A stretch of 64,000 nt of DNA from Eledone cirrhosa (taxonomy: Eukaryota), in contig OZ024742.1 of assembly GCA_964016885.1 (NCBI GenBank), positions 242,420,001 to 242,484,000 of the forward strand, in the 5' to 3' direction. A program made the translations under genes and the position numbers. This document shows, one piece after another, positions 25,560 to 38,418 of this stretch (position 1 is its first letter; every line of letters starts with the position of its first letter). The notes below the pieces were generated by a model. The model had not been told where the DNA came from. It ran no database searches and saw only the letters and a program-made list of their open reading frames with translations.

Positions 25560-26072
25560 CATATAACAAGATTGGTTGAATTGTTACTTGGAAGAGTCTG
25601 ATTTGGTGTGGTTGGAAATATTTGAGCGCCAAACTCGATCCATCTTGTTGCAAGTTGACCATAATTGGAGCTCTCTGGTGGCGAAATCCCTCTCAGAGTC
25701 CATGATCCAGGATCAAGATACCTGAAATCCTCGACTTGCTTGATATCACTGCCGTTTATTGCCTGGATGCTGTTGCCTTCACAGTTTGATATGTACTCTG
25801 TTATATGCCGGCCTCCCTCCCATATCTGTCGTTGTACGTAAGAGGAGAATAAGATTTGCTGGCCACTGCCATCGTAACACCTACGAGGTGGTGTCCCCAT
25901 TAGTGCTTTGGAAACCACAAGAAGCAGTCACTGATAACAGGAGGTGCACGCTCTGCTGCTCCGATGTCATCTCCAGAGATTCTGGTATTCAAATCCAGGA
26001 CTTGGCAACGGCAATGAACGACAGACCCACGTGGAGATCAATTGTTGAGGCCACCAGATGATGATGATGATG
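25560..26072 (+). mobile_element. RTE-like LINE 3' fragment with inverted 5' part and (GAT)n tail
   Basis: Plus strand: LYAGLPPISVVVRKRRIRFAGHCHR..NDRPTWRSIV + (GAT)n. Minus strand 25560-25795: IKQVEDFRYL.GSW..CNKMDRVWRS. Confidence 0.8.
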
Positions 26073-26350
26073 AAAATTGTTGATTTTGTAGTTTCGAGTG
26101 AGTGTATTAGTTCGAATTCTTTTCGTAGTATTTGTTACTGATTGATAAGCTAACACTTAATTTACCTTAAATTATGGGCAGATGTATACATTTGTTGTAG
26201 CTTTTTGGCTTACAGACTGGAACTAGCTGTTGAATTGGAAAGGGCTCAGCCATCGAACCCTGACTCTTTATAGTATAGCCATACTCTACTATCCCAAGTT
26301 TCGAGAACTCTGTTAAGTAATAGTCTAACTGTTTTAAAACTGATTATATG

Positions 26351-26443
<93 letters not shown>

Positions 26444-26596
26444 ATGTATATATATATATATATGTAATAAAATGTTGTAATTTGCTTGAAGCATTGTATA
26501 TAATATATAATGTTGAAAGAGAGAGAAGGCTAAACAATGCAAAATGAACTGTAAGATGAGGTAACGAAAAGTAAGTTACCCGGTAATCTTTGTTTT

Positions 26597-26632
<36 letters not shown>

Positions 26633-26636
<4 letters not shown>

Positions 26637-26735
26637 GATGAGGTAAAAACTGACCTTGCTCACTTACACCTCTCTAAGAGAATGCCACAGGATCGGGATC
26701 TTTGGCACTATGCAGTAATACAGAAGACGCGCCTT
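26633..26735 (+). mobile_element. RTE LINE extreme 3' fragment
   Basis: WDEVKTDL..QDRDLW motif. Confidence 0.55.
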
Positions 26736-26849
26736 CCCTTACATACGAACTTAAACCTACAGTCAGTAGGCACCTCTTAACCCAATATACACCCCACCCC
26801 ACCTACCCCTACTCCATCCTCCCACTTCCGTCCACTCTAAAGTGGTCGT

Positions 26850-27087
26850 GTAGGTGACACGACAAAAAGCACCCAGTCCACACTGTAGAAGACACGGTAA
26901 TATGGCTCCCAGTGCACACTGTCAATGTGGTTGGTGTTAGGAAGAGCACCCAGCCGCCGCAGAAAACTTGCCAGAAACAGTTCTGTATAAGCAAGATACG
27001 GCTACCCGGCCAATCTTGCCTCAAGTGGGACAAACCCGTCCAACCCATGCTAGAAGATGGACGTTAAACAATGATGATGATGATGAT
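26850..27087 (+). mobile_element. SINE/LINE-tail repeat with (GAT)n tail
   Basis: AAAAAGCACCCAG..GTTGGTGTTAGGAAG..CCGTCCAACCCATGC..GGACGTTAAA..(GAT)n, resembling a common octopus repeat (from memory). Confidence 0.65.
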
Positions 27088-27811
27088 ATATATATGTATA
27101 TATATATACATTCATCAATATTTCACTGAATCAAGGTAAGACGTATAAAGACTATAAGGATCAATGTAGTGTTTAAATGAATATCCCATCGAGGCAAAGC
27201 AAAATTTATTTTTCTGGGAGAAGTCTGGTGTCTTATTACATGTTGTTGAGTCAGATATATAAAAACAAATACGACAAGCTTTAGTAATTATTAATTCATT
27301 GCCAAAGGCCTAAATACTATGGGGTCGCCTTTACACAATCATATATTATGACTCCTTTGTCACAAAAATACAACAATTAATTCAATGCAAAAACTTGAAA
27401 TTAACCAACTCACGGAGCTCACAAAGACACGTCTTCACAGTCCGACAACCAATGATAATAATCATTGCTTCTACGTTTAACATAACGCCAGCAATTATCC
27501 CAGTGCATTATTGCTGGTTTATTTTATCTACCCTGTAAAGATGAAAGACAAAGTTAAATTCGCCTTTCATTCTTATGGGGTCGATAAAATAAAGTACCAG
27601 TAATGCACTGAGATAATCGCTGGTCTTGTATCGAAAGTAGAAGCAATTATTATTAATAATAATAATATCACAATGACCACCATCACTACTAATACTACTA
27701 CTACCAATACTACAAGTACTACTGTTACTAATAACATTACCACTATTACTACTCTGTGTGTAACTTCCATGATAAATATATGTGTTTGTGTGTACATGTG
27801 GGGGGGGGGGC

Positions 27812-27844
<33 letters not shown>

Positions 27845-28749
27845 TGTTTTCCTGGTAATTGTCCATCTTCTACATAATTTAATCAATAAATAATTCCTGT
27901 GCCAAATTTACGACCATGCAAGCAACAAAGTGAAATATTTCGTATAAGAAGCTAATGAGTTAATAATTCTTTGCGTGGCTCAGTTAATAACTAAAGTAAC
28001 TGCTAAGTTAACGTTACGACATTTCCACGATGATATTCTGATGTGAACATTCCCAAATAATTAGAGTGTGATAGATGAAAGAAAAAAATTACGATTTGTT
28101 TTATGTTCATGTTTTAGTTTTAGTTTATAGACCATGCTATTAATTTATACATTTTCGTCTTCTATTCTGCCATTTGCTACAAGAGCTAAGTAGACTTAAT
28201 TATGAACTATAACATATCCAATTTTCCAGATTTACCATCTGCAACAAATTATGTACATCTTTATTATTTTTAATTATCCTTATTTTTATTAAGCTCGCCT
28301 CTCTGACGGAGCTGTAGTCATGGGTGCTTAGTATCTGAAATTTTGTCAAGGACTACTTATCGGGGGGAACGTCCTTGTTAACATTCCATAGAGAAATAAT
28401 AAAAGACAACTGAAACGACATTCTAGAGGTAACTCCAGGCGACCACAAGTATCAACTGGCTGGTCTGTTCCGGAAGAATTTCGGTCCATGGTTAATTGAT
28501 GATTCCCAGAATTCTCTGGCATGAACGTGCTACCACTGGACATTGTTAGTTCAGAATAAACACTATGGTTAAGGAAGGCTGTCTGGGAGGTCTTCTCCGA
28601 GATGCAGGCAGAATTACGAATCCGCGGTCACAATCTGTGTTCGAGCATTACTGAGTGATTTTTATTCGAATACCGTTTGTCTCGACGTGCAGGACAGATT
28701 CAATGTGTGTATGTATATATATATATATAAATGTATATATATATATATA

Positions 28750-28906
28750 TGGACTCACTGGAAGAGGAAGAACAAAGTTATCGTATGTTCATGCCCTAAG
28801 GACAGACACTGGTCTGTTGGAGACGCAGGACATGGCAGCGATAATGAGGGACAGAGACCGCTGGAGAGAACTCGTCCGTGGATCTCGGGAATTTTACCCG
28901 CCCTAG
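28750..28906 (+). mobile_element. RTE-like LINE 3' fragment
   Basis: GRGRTKLSYV..DTGL..MRDRDRWRELV. Confidence 0.7.
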
Positions 28907-28907
28907 A

Positions 28908-28994
<87 letters not shown>

Positions 28995-29126
28995 CAAGCA
29001 AAGAAAATTTCAAAGGTACGAAAGATTTCCTGGTGGAAGATCAGGTGTACCCCGGGTTGGTATCCAGTTTCGAGGTGAAGGTCCAATCAGAAAATTCAAC
29101 GAATTTTGAGAGGTCCACGTAAGCGT

Positions 29127-29183
<57 letters not shown>

Positions 29184-29184
<1 letters not shown>

Positions 29185-29336
29185 ATGTATGTAAAAGGTA
29201 AACAGAAATAACAACACAATCGGTACAGTATATGGAAAGTATATATTAGGTTAACGCTTCCTGCTATATCAAGCGTTAACCTAATATATACTTTCCATAT
29301 ACTGTACCGATTGTGTTGTTATTTCTGTTTACCTTT

Positions 29337-29346
<10 letters not shown>
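29184..29346. repeat. Perfect ~76-bp-arm inverted repeat in a TA tract
   Basis: 29184-29259 is the reverse complement of 29271-29346. Confidence 0.9.
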
Positions 29347-29375
<29 letters not shown>

Positions 29376-29449
29376 ATTAAAATACTGGAGCGTGTTGGAG
29401 TTAAACACCCTCTTCGTATTATAGGCCGATAATACTTCTTGTTGCTTTA

Positions 29450-29497
29450 ATTGCCCTGATGAGTCCTTAATAGGACGAAACATTGTTGGCTAATAAA
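29450..29497 (+). ncRNA. Minimal type I hammerhead ribozyme (family H) with polyA signal
   Basis: ATTGCC-CTGATGA-GTCCT TAAT AGGAC-GAA-AC ATT GT-T-GGCTAAT overlapping AATAAA; canonical G10.1-C11.1 pair. Confidence 0.85.
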
Positions 29498-29535
29498 GAC
29501 TTTTGATGTATTGAAGGCTTCTTTGTTTTACTTTC

Positions 29536-29675
<140 letters not shown>

Positions 29676-29856
29676 ATATACACATAAACATATATAAATT
29701 TAATTCAGGTTTAGGCTATTGACAGTCTTAATTACACACACATGCTTGTATATATATATCTGTGTGTGTGTGTGTGTGTATGTATGTGTGTTTCGCACAT
29801 ATATACACTCTGCTCCATTTATATCTACTTTTTCACCTGGGCTATGCCGGGTATTC

Positions 29857-29950
<94 letters not shown>

Positions 29951-30551
29951 TATGTTTGTGCGTATGCGTGTATACATAAAAAGAGAGAGTGAGGTGAAGC
30001 AATGGAAACACATATACAAATATATTTCTAACTCAAGTGCTTCAAATTTACTTATGGTGTTATAGACCTTTTTGTTTTTGATGTTGTTACATAAGTTTGC
30101 ATTTTTGTTGTATTTGCTGGTTGCTTTATACGCTGTTGTTGCTGTTTTTGTCTAGATACATTTAAGTAAACCTGGAACATTCTATTTATTATTTTGACCT
30201 CATGGAGTCCCCATGACTGGCTGAGTCTTCATGAAAATTGAATAGAGTAAATTCATTTCCATATAGTTCTTCAATGAAATGATTGTGTGAGAGAGAAGAT
30301 TGTCGGCAGCTATTTTCCTTAAAAACCAATGATTCCCATTATACTCTGGTGAACATTCCTGTAGACGAGGTACGGTTGAGACAAGATACCGATCAGAAGG
30401 CGAATGAACGCTTCTTTTAGAAACATTAAAACAAACGTCGTTTCATAATGTCGTGAAAAGGAAAACAGAAGGCAAGTTCTATCTTTATCTCCTTCACTCT
30501 TCTCACTCTCTCTCCCTCCCCACCCTCTCTCTCAATACACACACACACACG

Positions 30552-30629
<78 letters not shown>

Positions 30630-30689
30630 AGTATGTTTTGAAGCAGTGAGCGAGTTTGAAATTAAAAATATAAGCTTTGACCGGATTTT

Positions 30690-30801
30690 TGACTAAAGAA
30701 ACTTTTAGCCTGATAGTGGGGTTTAGAACCCTCAGAGAAATGGAAAAAGATTTCTCCGAGGGTTCTAAACTCCACTATCAGGCTAAAAGTTTCTTTAGTC
30801 A
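30690..30801. repeat. Near-perfect ~52-bp-arm hairpin
   Basis: TGACTAAAGAAACTTTTAGCCTGATAGTGG.. mirrored around GGAAAAAG. Confidence 0.9.
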
Positions 30802-31134
30802 TATGTATATATATATATATATGTATATATATACATATGACTATATTTATATATATGTGTGTGTGTGTGTGTATGTGTATATATGTATGTATGTATCCCA
30901 CATGCATGCATATATATCCATACATAACCACGGGCGTACGTGTGTGTGTACACGCACACAAATACATATATACATGTTTGAATATATTAGAAATATAAAT
31001 AAAATCCTGCGGCCGCAACAGTTCGTTTAGCCGGTTGGAAGTGAATCACAAACTTGAATCACAAACTTGAAACAATATTTTACATAATTGAAAGTTTCTA
31101 ATCTGTATAATAACATAATTTGAGCCTATAAACA

Positions 31135-31620
31135 ATAATTGTTTCTACTTTAGGCACAAGGCCAGCAATTACCCAGTGCATTACTGGTACTTTATTTTAT
31201 CGACCCCGTAAGGATGAAAGGCAAAGTCAACCTCGGCGGGATTTGAACTTAGATCGTAAAGGGACGTAACTATGCTGGAAAGCATGGCGTCCGACCCTCT
31301 ACCGATACTGCCAATAAACAATAATGGTTTCTGAATTAGGCATAATTTTGGGAAGCAGGAAGACGATTGAATCGAGCCCAATGTGTTACTGGTGCTTATT
31401 TTATAGACCCCGTAAGGCAAATCTAACCTTAGAGGGATTTGAATTCCGAGCTTATACACAATAATGGTTTCTTATATAGTTACAAGGCCAGCAATTTGGG
31501 GGAAGGGAACTGTCGATTAAATCACCCCAGTGCGTGACTGGTACTTTATTTTATCGACCCCGTAAGGGTGAAAGGCAAAGTTAACATCAGAGTGATTTGA
31601 ACTACGAGCTTATATACAAT
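31135..31620 (-). mobile_element. Tandem SINE S1 array (one full and two partial copies)
   Basis: Repeated TTTATCGACCCCGTAAGG..GGGATTTGAACT. Confidence 0.8.
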
Positions 31621-31714
31621 AATGAATGTATTTAAGGAAACACTAAATAATAATCAAGAAGAGGGAGAGAGATATAGAGAGAAAGACAAAAGTAACTAAA
31701 AAAAAGTAATGGTC

Positions 31715-31749
<35 letters not shown>

Positions 31750-32952
31750 CAAGGAAGCAAGGAAGGTGTGGTAAGATACCAGGTGGACCATAACGCTGAC
31801 TTAGTTCGGATCTAGCTGTCGAAACGGCCGGATCTCAGCCGTCTGGGACCTGTAGTTTGCTTGAAGCATTGTATATAATATATAATGTTGAAAACATCCA
31901 CCGATACTATCTGCATCAGCCATCATTGGGCTCTTTTCTCAAGCAATAATGCACTGCTCCTGATTTGAGGAAAACAGGTAGTCAGGTGAGCGAGTATGCT
32001 GGAGATCTTGATAGCGCTCGGAACAAAAAAGAAGTGGTCGTTCAAATCCTGGTGGGTTATTTTATCTTCCGCTCCTCTGCGTTACGTGTCACGGTGCCTT
32101 GATTTGTGATCGAGGCAATATGTTGGAACTAGAGAACGTGACGCACCAAGCGTCATTATTGATTGATATGAAACAATCTTGAATGTTGTCGTTGTAAAGT
32201 TTGCGCGTTCGAATGCAATGTCTTACATTGCGGTTTCAAATTCAATGATAAATACAAGATAATTTCGTCTATTTCTTATTTAAATGTGTATATATTAGTG
32301 GCAAATTCTTCTTTCTTTTTCACTCTAAACTACGCCAGTTGCAGACTGTGCATTAACATGTGATATCTCTCTCTACAAAGATCGATCACCAGCAGCAGAG
32401 TTCAAAGAGCAAAGATCAAGTCCAGTCCATAAACTGGCATTGTCAAGCCATTGTTTTGGCTGCCGACCTCTGCTTCTCCTACCAGCCAACCTTCCTTCCA
32501 GGCATAACCTACTCAGACCATGAGTTGATCTTTTTATATGGCCGTATAGTTTGAGTACTCTTGACTTGACTTAAATCGCCAGAGAAGGGATCACCGTAAG
32601 GTGGAGTTGCTAAATAAAGTGGGTGTCGATGACTTAATTAACTTTGAAGGATTAATTCCTAATTTCCAAATATGTTGTACTCCTTTCTTTAGGAGTCAAA
32701 AGCAAATTTTGTTTTCTTTCCCCAGTTAAAAGGGAAATGTCAATAAATTAAGAATTATTTGCATGCGACGTTCATTCAGATTCTATTAGCTCACACACAC
32801 ACATTATCATTTTTTCAACTTACAAGGTATGTTTACATGCCTACATATTAGATATGTGGATATATTTATACAAGTTGGTGCAGTCTCAGTTACACACTGT
32901 GTATTTATGCAGATATAACTTTATCATACACTTCGACTACTAGCGCCCCCCT

Positions 32953-33009
<57 letters not shown>

Positions 33010-33017
33010 ATAGAAAA

Positions 33018-33068
33018 GACTTCTACAGGACTAGAACTGTTTCATTCGGGAGAAATCATCAGGTAGCC
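33018..33068 (-). ncRNA. Hammerhead ribozyme, family B
   Basis: rc GGCTAC-CTGATGA-..-GAA-ACAG TTCTAGTC CTGT-A-GAAGTC. Confidence 0.7.
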
Positions 33069-33289
33069 CTGAAGAAGTCGCTTGCCAAAAGGCAGGAACC
33101 CACGTTAGATCGGTGGGAGGGAGATAACTGTGGAAATAATAATAGATTATTCATGTTATTCAGTCCAGAATATAATAGATTAATCATCTTAGACAGTCTG
33201 GAGCTTCGTAATACGTAATAAGCTTTTCCAAACGTGCGGACAACGCGATATGTGTATATATATATATATATATATATCAATTGAAACAA

Positions 33290-33430
33290 CGGAGTTGTCC
33301 CTTTATGGTCTGAGTTTAAATCCCGCCGAGGTTAACTTTGCTTTTCCTCCTTACGAGGTCGATAAAATAAAGCACCAGTAATACACTGGGATAATTGCTG
33401 GCCTTGTGCCAAATGTAGAAACAATTATTT
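33290..33430 (+). mobile_element. SINE S1, 5'-truncated
   Basis: Homology to family S1. Confidence 0.75.
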
Positions 33431-33460
33431 TCGTTTCTTTATTTAGGTTTAATTCTCATT

Positions 33461-33497
<37 letters not shown>

Positions 33498-33732
33498 GTG
33501 CAAAGGGTTCAGTAAGTCCGAAGAAAACTGGTGAGGGTACCAATGTCAGCGCTCGATGCAGAGCTGAGTGTATGTAATAAGAGCAAAGTGGAGGTGTTAC
33601 ATAGGAGATTTATTGCTCAACCTGGTTACAAATGTTTCCCAGGTAGTCAGCTAGTGATCTGGAGTCATCCCAGACCAGACTCCAAGTCTGCCTGATGCTC
33701 AAACAAGTGTTGTCATTTTTGTTGTGTTAATA

Positions 33733-33816
33733 CTGGTCTGAGGATCAGACAGGTTGGAGTCTGGTCTGGGATGACTCCAAATCACGAGCCGGCTGCCTGG
33801 AAACATTTGTAACCGG
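33733..33816 (+). ncRNA. Hammerhead ribozyme with extended stem II (family I), in inverted repeat 33576-33852
   Basis: CTGGT-CTGAGGA-TCAGACAG..GGAGTC..GACTCC..CTGCCTG-GAA-AC ATTT GT-A-ACCGG, then AATAAA. Confidence 0.75.
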
Positions 33817-33866
33817 GTTGAGCAATAAACACCTCCACGTTGTTCTTATTATATATCTATCTCTCA

Positions 33867-33970
<104 letters not shown>

Positions 33971-34269
33971 CGATGACTTGAATAAGTTCTAAGACAGATC
34001 GTATCTCATTTTTCAAATATACATATACATATGAATATACAATGTGATCTACTTTTCGTGGTAGGGTCTATACCGTAGTTAGAACTCAATGTAATCTGTT
34101 AGCAAGTAGTTCAGTGAGACCCAGGTTCCGTGTTTCGCTGAGTCAATTCTTTAAATACAGAGTCTGATATATTAGATATTAGTTTAACAATGATAATAAG
34201 GATATTATAACAAGCCCTGTGATGTTTCTTAATGAAGAAAATATTTGTTTTTCTACTTAGTTTACCAAA

Positions 34270-34388
34270 ATTGTTTCCGAAGAAGACGGTATAATCGAAC
34301 CTATATATTATGTCTGATAGTTCTGTAACTGCTATAGATCAGTCAATATATCAAGATGATCAACCCTCCGAAACGATTGTAAAACAAT
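34270..34388 (+). ncRNA. Degenerate hammerhead with long stem II insert (family J)
   Basis: ATTGTTT-CCGAAGA..~85 nt..GAA-ACGATTGT-A-AAACAAT: 7-bp stem I; core has U4C. Confidence 0.55.
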
Positions 34389-34426
34389 GAAATGAATATG
34401 TAAAATAACTTCGTTATTACTGTTAA

Positions 34427-34471
<45 letters not shown>

Positions 34472-35884
34472 TAAACTTAATTACTCCCTAAGTTATTGTT
34501 TATGTTTTTAGGATATTATAACAAGCCCTGTTATGTTTAGTAATGAAGAAAATATTTGTCTTTATACTTGGTTTAACACAATTATACAGACTCATAAGTC
34601 GAATCCTTTACACAATAAATATGTTGCTATTTTCATTTGCATAATTTTATGCTTCGACTGTTTCCCTGGTTAATTCTGTGATATTATTGCCTCAACATTT
34701 GTTGCTATGTAAGTGAATCATACAATGTGTTATAATATTGAAAGGATGTAGAATGTATTAATGTTGCGTGTCAAGGGTTCTGAATTTAGATAATGATCGG
34801 AATGTTTAGTTTTTTCCACATATTACTCATGTTCTCTGAAAATCACTGAGATAAAAATAGAATTCATTTGGCCAGTATTCTTGAAGCGACGTACGCTAGC
34901 AGTTTCAAGGGATGTGCAATGATTCTGAGGTATTTTGCTTCTCAAATTAAAAGACTAATGAAATCATTCTAAAAATATACAATGTTATTTTTTTTATTTC
35001 ATTAATTTCGTAGTTGTTGGGTGGTCAATCATTTGAAGCATAATGAATACAGCTTTTAAGACATTTGGTTTTATATTTGTTTATTTTGATTAAAAAAAAC
35101 TTTCTTAAAATAGATGTTTTTTGTGGGAGACGTTACTATGTACGTTTTACATAACCGAATGTTGTCTCATTTCTAATGTGTTGATTTTTAATTTCATTAT
35201 TTCTAGATTTATGAAAATGTAGCAAAACATTGAAATAGTTGATGTAAGTACGAATTTTTGGTTTCCTTCGTCATTTTTACACCAAATTTTTCTAAAATCA
35301 ACGGGAAAATCTTAACGTCAAATTTCTCACTAATCGCAACCTAACTGAAGTACATATTGGATAATGTATTTCTAGATAGACTATGCCAAGGCCTAACAAC
35401 ATTACTTGATGATCAGGAATTAAATGTCTTTGATCACATTCAGGATCAAATATGGGCTGACAACAGCAGAAATATCCAACATATTTTTCAAAATTATTTT
35501 TTCGTCTTTTTCCGTTATTTTTGGGAAAAGAATATAAACGTTTTCAAGGTTATTTTATTCCGATAATTATTTAAATATTCTATAAATAAATTTAATTTGA
35601 TGTGTACATATCTCATTTCTGAAATTTAACCATCGGCAAATAATTCTCTTACATGAAGTAATTTATTCTGGCTCTGAAATTCATTATATTTTGGCTGTAA
35701 CAAGACAAAACAGAAAGATGCCACGACAAAACGATTTGGAGTATTTACGTATGACTTGTTACAGTCGGCACAAGGTGAGAAATTTGTATAGATGTACCAT
35801 TGGAGCACCATTATTGATTAGAGGATCCTACCCAACTCCAATTGATGCGTATAGAAATTAATATCAACTCCAAATGTCTTCTTT

Positions 35885-36278
35885 ATCGCTCACTTATTCC
35901 TGGGAGGGTCGTTGGGCAGAGTCGTTAGACACTCCTTCCAGCGGGTCCTGTCAGAAACAGCCATCTCCAACTGATCCGGTTGGATCCCCAAGTGAGACCA
36001 GCCAAGCTCATGGATGTTATCCAGCCATCTTTCTCGGAGTCTACCTTTGGGTCTCCTGTAGGTAGGTTTTGCCTGTAAAATCTGACCAGCGAATCTTTCC
36101 TGAGACATTCCAACCACATGCCGATAGTATCGGAACTGTGATCTTTCAATTCAGTGACTCTCTTATCTCCGAGCTATGCACACTTTCGTGTAAGGTTACT
36201 CCAAAGACCTTTCGGGGGACACCCGTTTTGGCCGCGTGTATTTGCGATCGTATTTTTTCGGTCATTATCCAAGAGTAA
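35885..36278 (-). mobile_element. RTE LINE 3' fragment
   Basis: SWIMTEKIRSQIHAA..GVTLHESVHSSEIRESLN..RRPKGRLRERWLD..DRTRWK. Confidence 0.8.
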
Positions 36279-36284
36279 ACACCA

Positions 36285-36520
36285 AAAGTATCCACCAATT
36301 TTATAGAGTTTAAAGAGAGAACTGTATTTAATCTGTAGTAGCTATTTACATATAGTTGGGGTGAAGTACACACTTTCCCTGCGAATAGAATGCCGTTAAG
36401 AGAGATTCTATTCGTAGCGAAAGTATTAAGCTCTCAATTACCTGAGCACAGCTACATGTAAATAGCTACATGTTCAAGACAATTCTCTCTTTAAACGCTA
36501 TAAAATTCGCGGATACGTTT
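36285..36520. mobile_element. Fold-back MITE-like palindromic element
   Basis: Imperfect long arms (GTATCC..TTTAAAGAGAGAA..GTAGCTATTTACA) with inner GCGAATAGAAT/ATTCTATTCGT. Confidence 0.6.
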
Positions 36521-36761
36521 AAATATTTTCATTTTCTATTCACCCTTACAAATATTTCTCAGATAATTGGTTCTAGATCGTCATTGATGTGATGGACCTG
36601 ACTACACCATCGATGTGCTCCTCAGATGTTTAGACTCAATGAAAACATTTACTTCTGAAGGTCTCCGAACACTGTGACTATATATGTACGCATACACGCA
36701 CCTGGTGCCTTCTTCAGTAATTAACAACATTACTAAATAATTTATATATATATAGAGAGAG

Positions 36762-36843
<82 letters not shown>

Positions 36844-38164
36844 GCGTGGGGGGTGTAGGAATCCGTAGATGGAATAAATATTTTGAAGCCAGTTCGCTAT
36901 GAGTGTGGTCTTGATAAACGCTAACAAGCGAGAAACAGACTGTCGATCACCCTCCCTTTGTTTTTATCGAAAATAAGTAGGTGACATAGTCACTACTTTA
37001 AAACGCATAGGGAATGGTCTTCAAGATGTTTTTAATTAAACATACAGTATATTGCCGAATATTCATATATCTATATATATATATATATATATATTCGAAA
37101 ATGTGTGTAATCCTTGGTACAGTTAGGTATATTAAGACAGGGGGAAGAAAAAATGGCTTCACTTGTGCTTTCAACAAATTTATTTTCTTCACAAAATCAA
37201 AAATGGATTTTTTTCCGGATAAGAAAAAAAAATTTTTTTTCGTAAAAAAATTATTTTATAAATTAAGTTAGGTCTTAGGAGTTTTGGTTAACGTAGGAGG
37301 TATTGTTTCGTTTTTAGAACGACCTTTCACGCTGAGGTGCGCTTGTAAAACTGATGTGTATGTGGTGTGTTGTTCTATATATAGGGATTTAACATGTCTG
37401 TGGTGTGGTGGGGTTTTTTTCCCCCCTTTTAATAAGTTTATGGGTGTAGATGTGTTGAAAAAGTGTTAATAGAAGTAATGAGTTGAGACGATGAGTAGGG
37501 TTGGGTGGGGAGAAATGTAGCAAGTGTGGCCTGCCCCGGTCATTGTCGAAAAATTCCTTTATTCAGGGGATTCCTTTGTGTTGAGAATGGTCACAGGCAA
37601 ATCGCACCTGCCAAGTTTGTAAACAATTATTTTATACATGCATATATTATATACATACATATATACATACATATATGTACACATAAACACATACAGACAC
37701 ATGCACACATATACATACATATACACATATACATATATATATATATATTTACACATATATATATATATATACATATATATACATACATACACTTACACAT
37801 ACACATACAAGTACATACATACACACATACATATATACACATACATATACATACATACATATATATATATGTGTGTGTGTGTGTGTACACACAAGCACAT
37901 AAAGACACATATATAGATACATATATATATATATACATATATATACATACATCTACATACATACATATACACATACAGAAACATACACATATGCACACAC
38001 ATATATACATATATGCACATACATACACACATACACATATATATAGATACATACATATACATACACACACATATAAACATATATCTATATATACATATAT
38101 ATATATATATACACAAACATACACATACATACATATATATATATATACACATATATACACACAT

Positions 38165-38207
<43 letters not shown>

Positions 38208-38418
38208 CACACACACATACAAACATACACACATCCATACATATATATACACACACACACATACACACACCCACATACATAAAACCCACACGTACATACA
38301 TCCATACATACCTACACACATATATGTGTGTGTCTCACCGTTCACTCAGATATGCATGTGTACACATAAGAAGAAGGGGGGGGGGTAGTGAAATGGAATT
38401 TTACCTCCGAGTGTTAAT

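Noticed and set aside
29000-29130. Short insert with minus-strand CTGATTG..GAAAC
   Set aside because: Core is not CTGANGA and no convincing stem I.
32360-32554. ORF with TYSDHELI (APE-like SDH motif)
   Set aside because: Motif too short; no other APE endonuclease motifs recognisable.
33066-33095. CTGAAGAAG..CCAAAA second hammerhead
   Set aside because: Lacks GAAA and a paired stem II.
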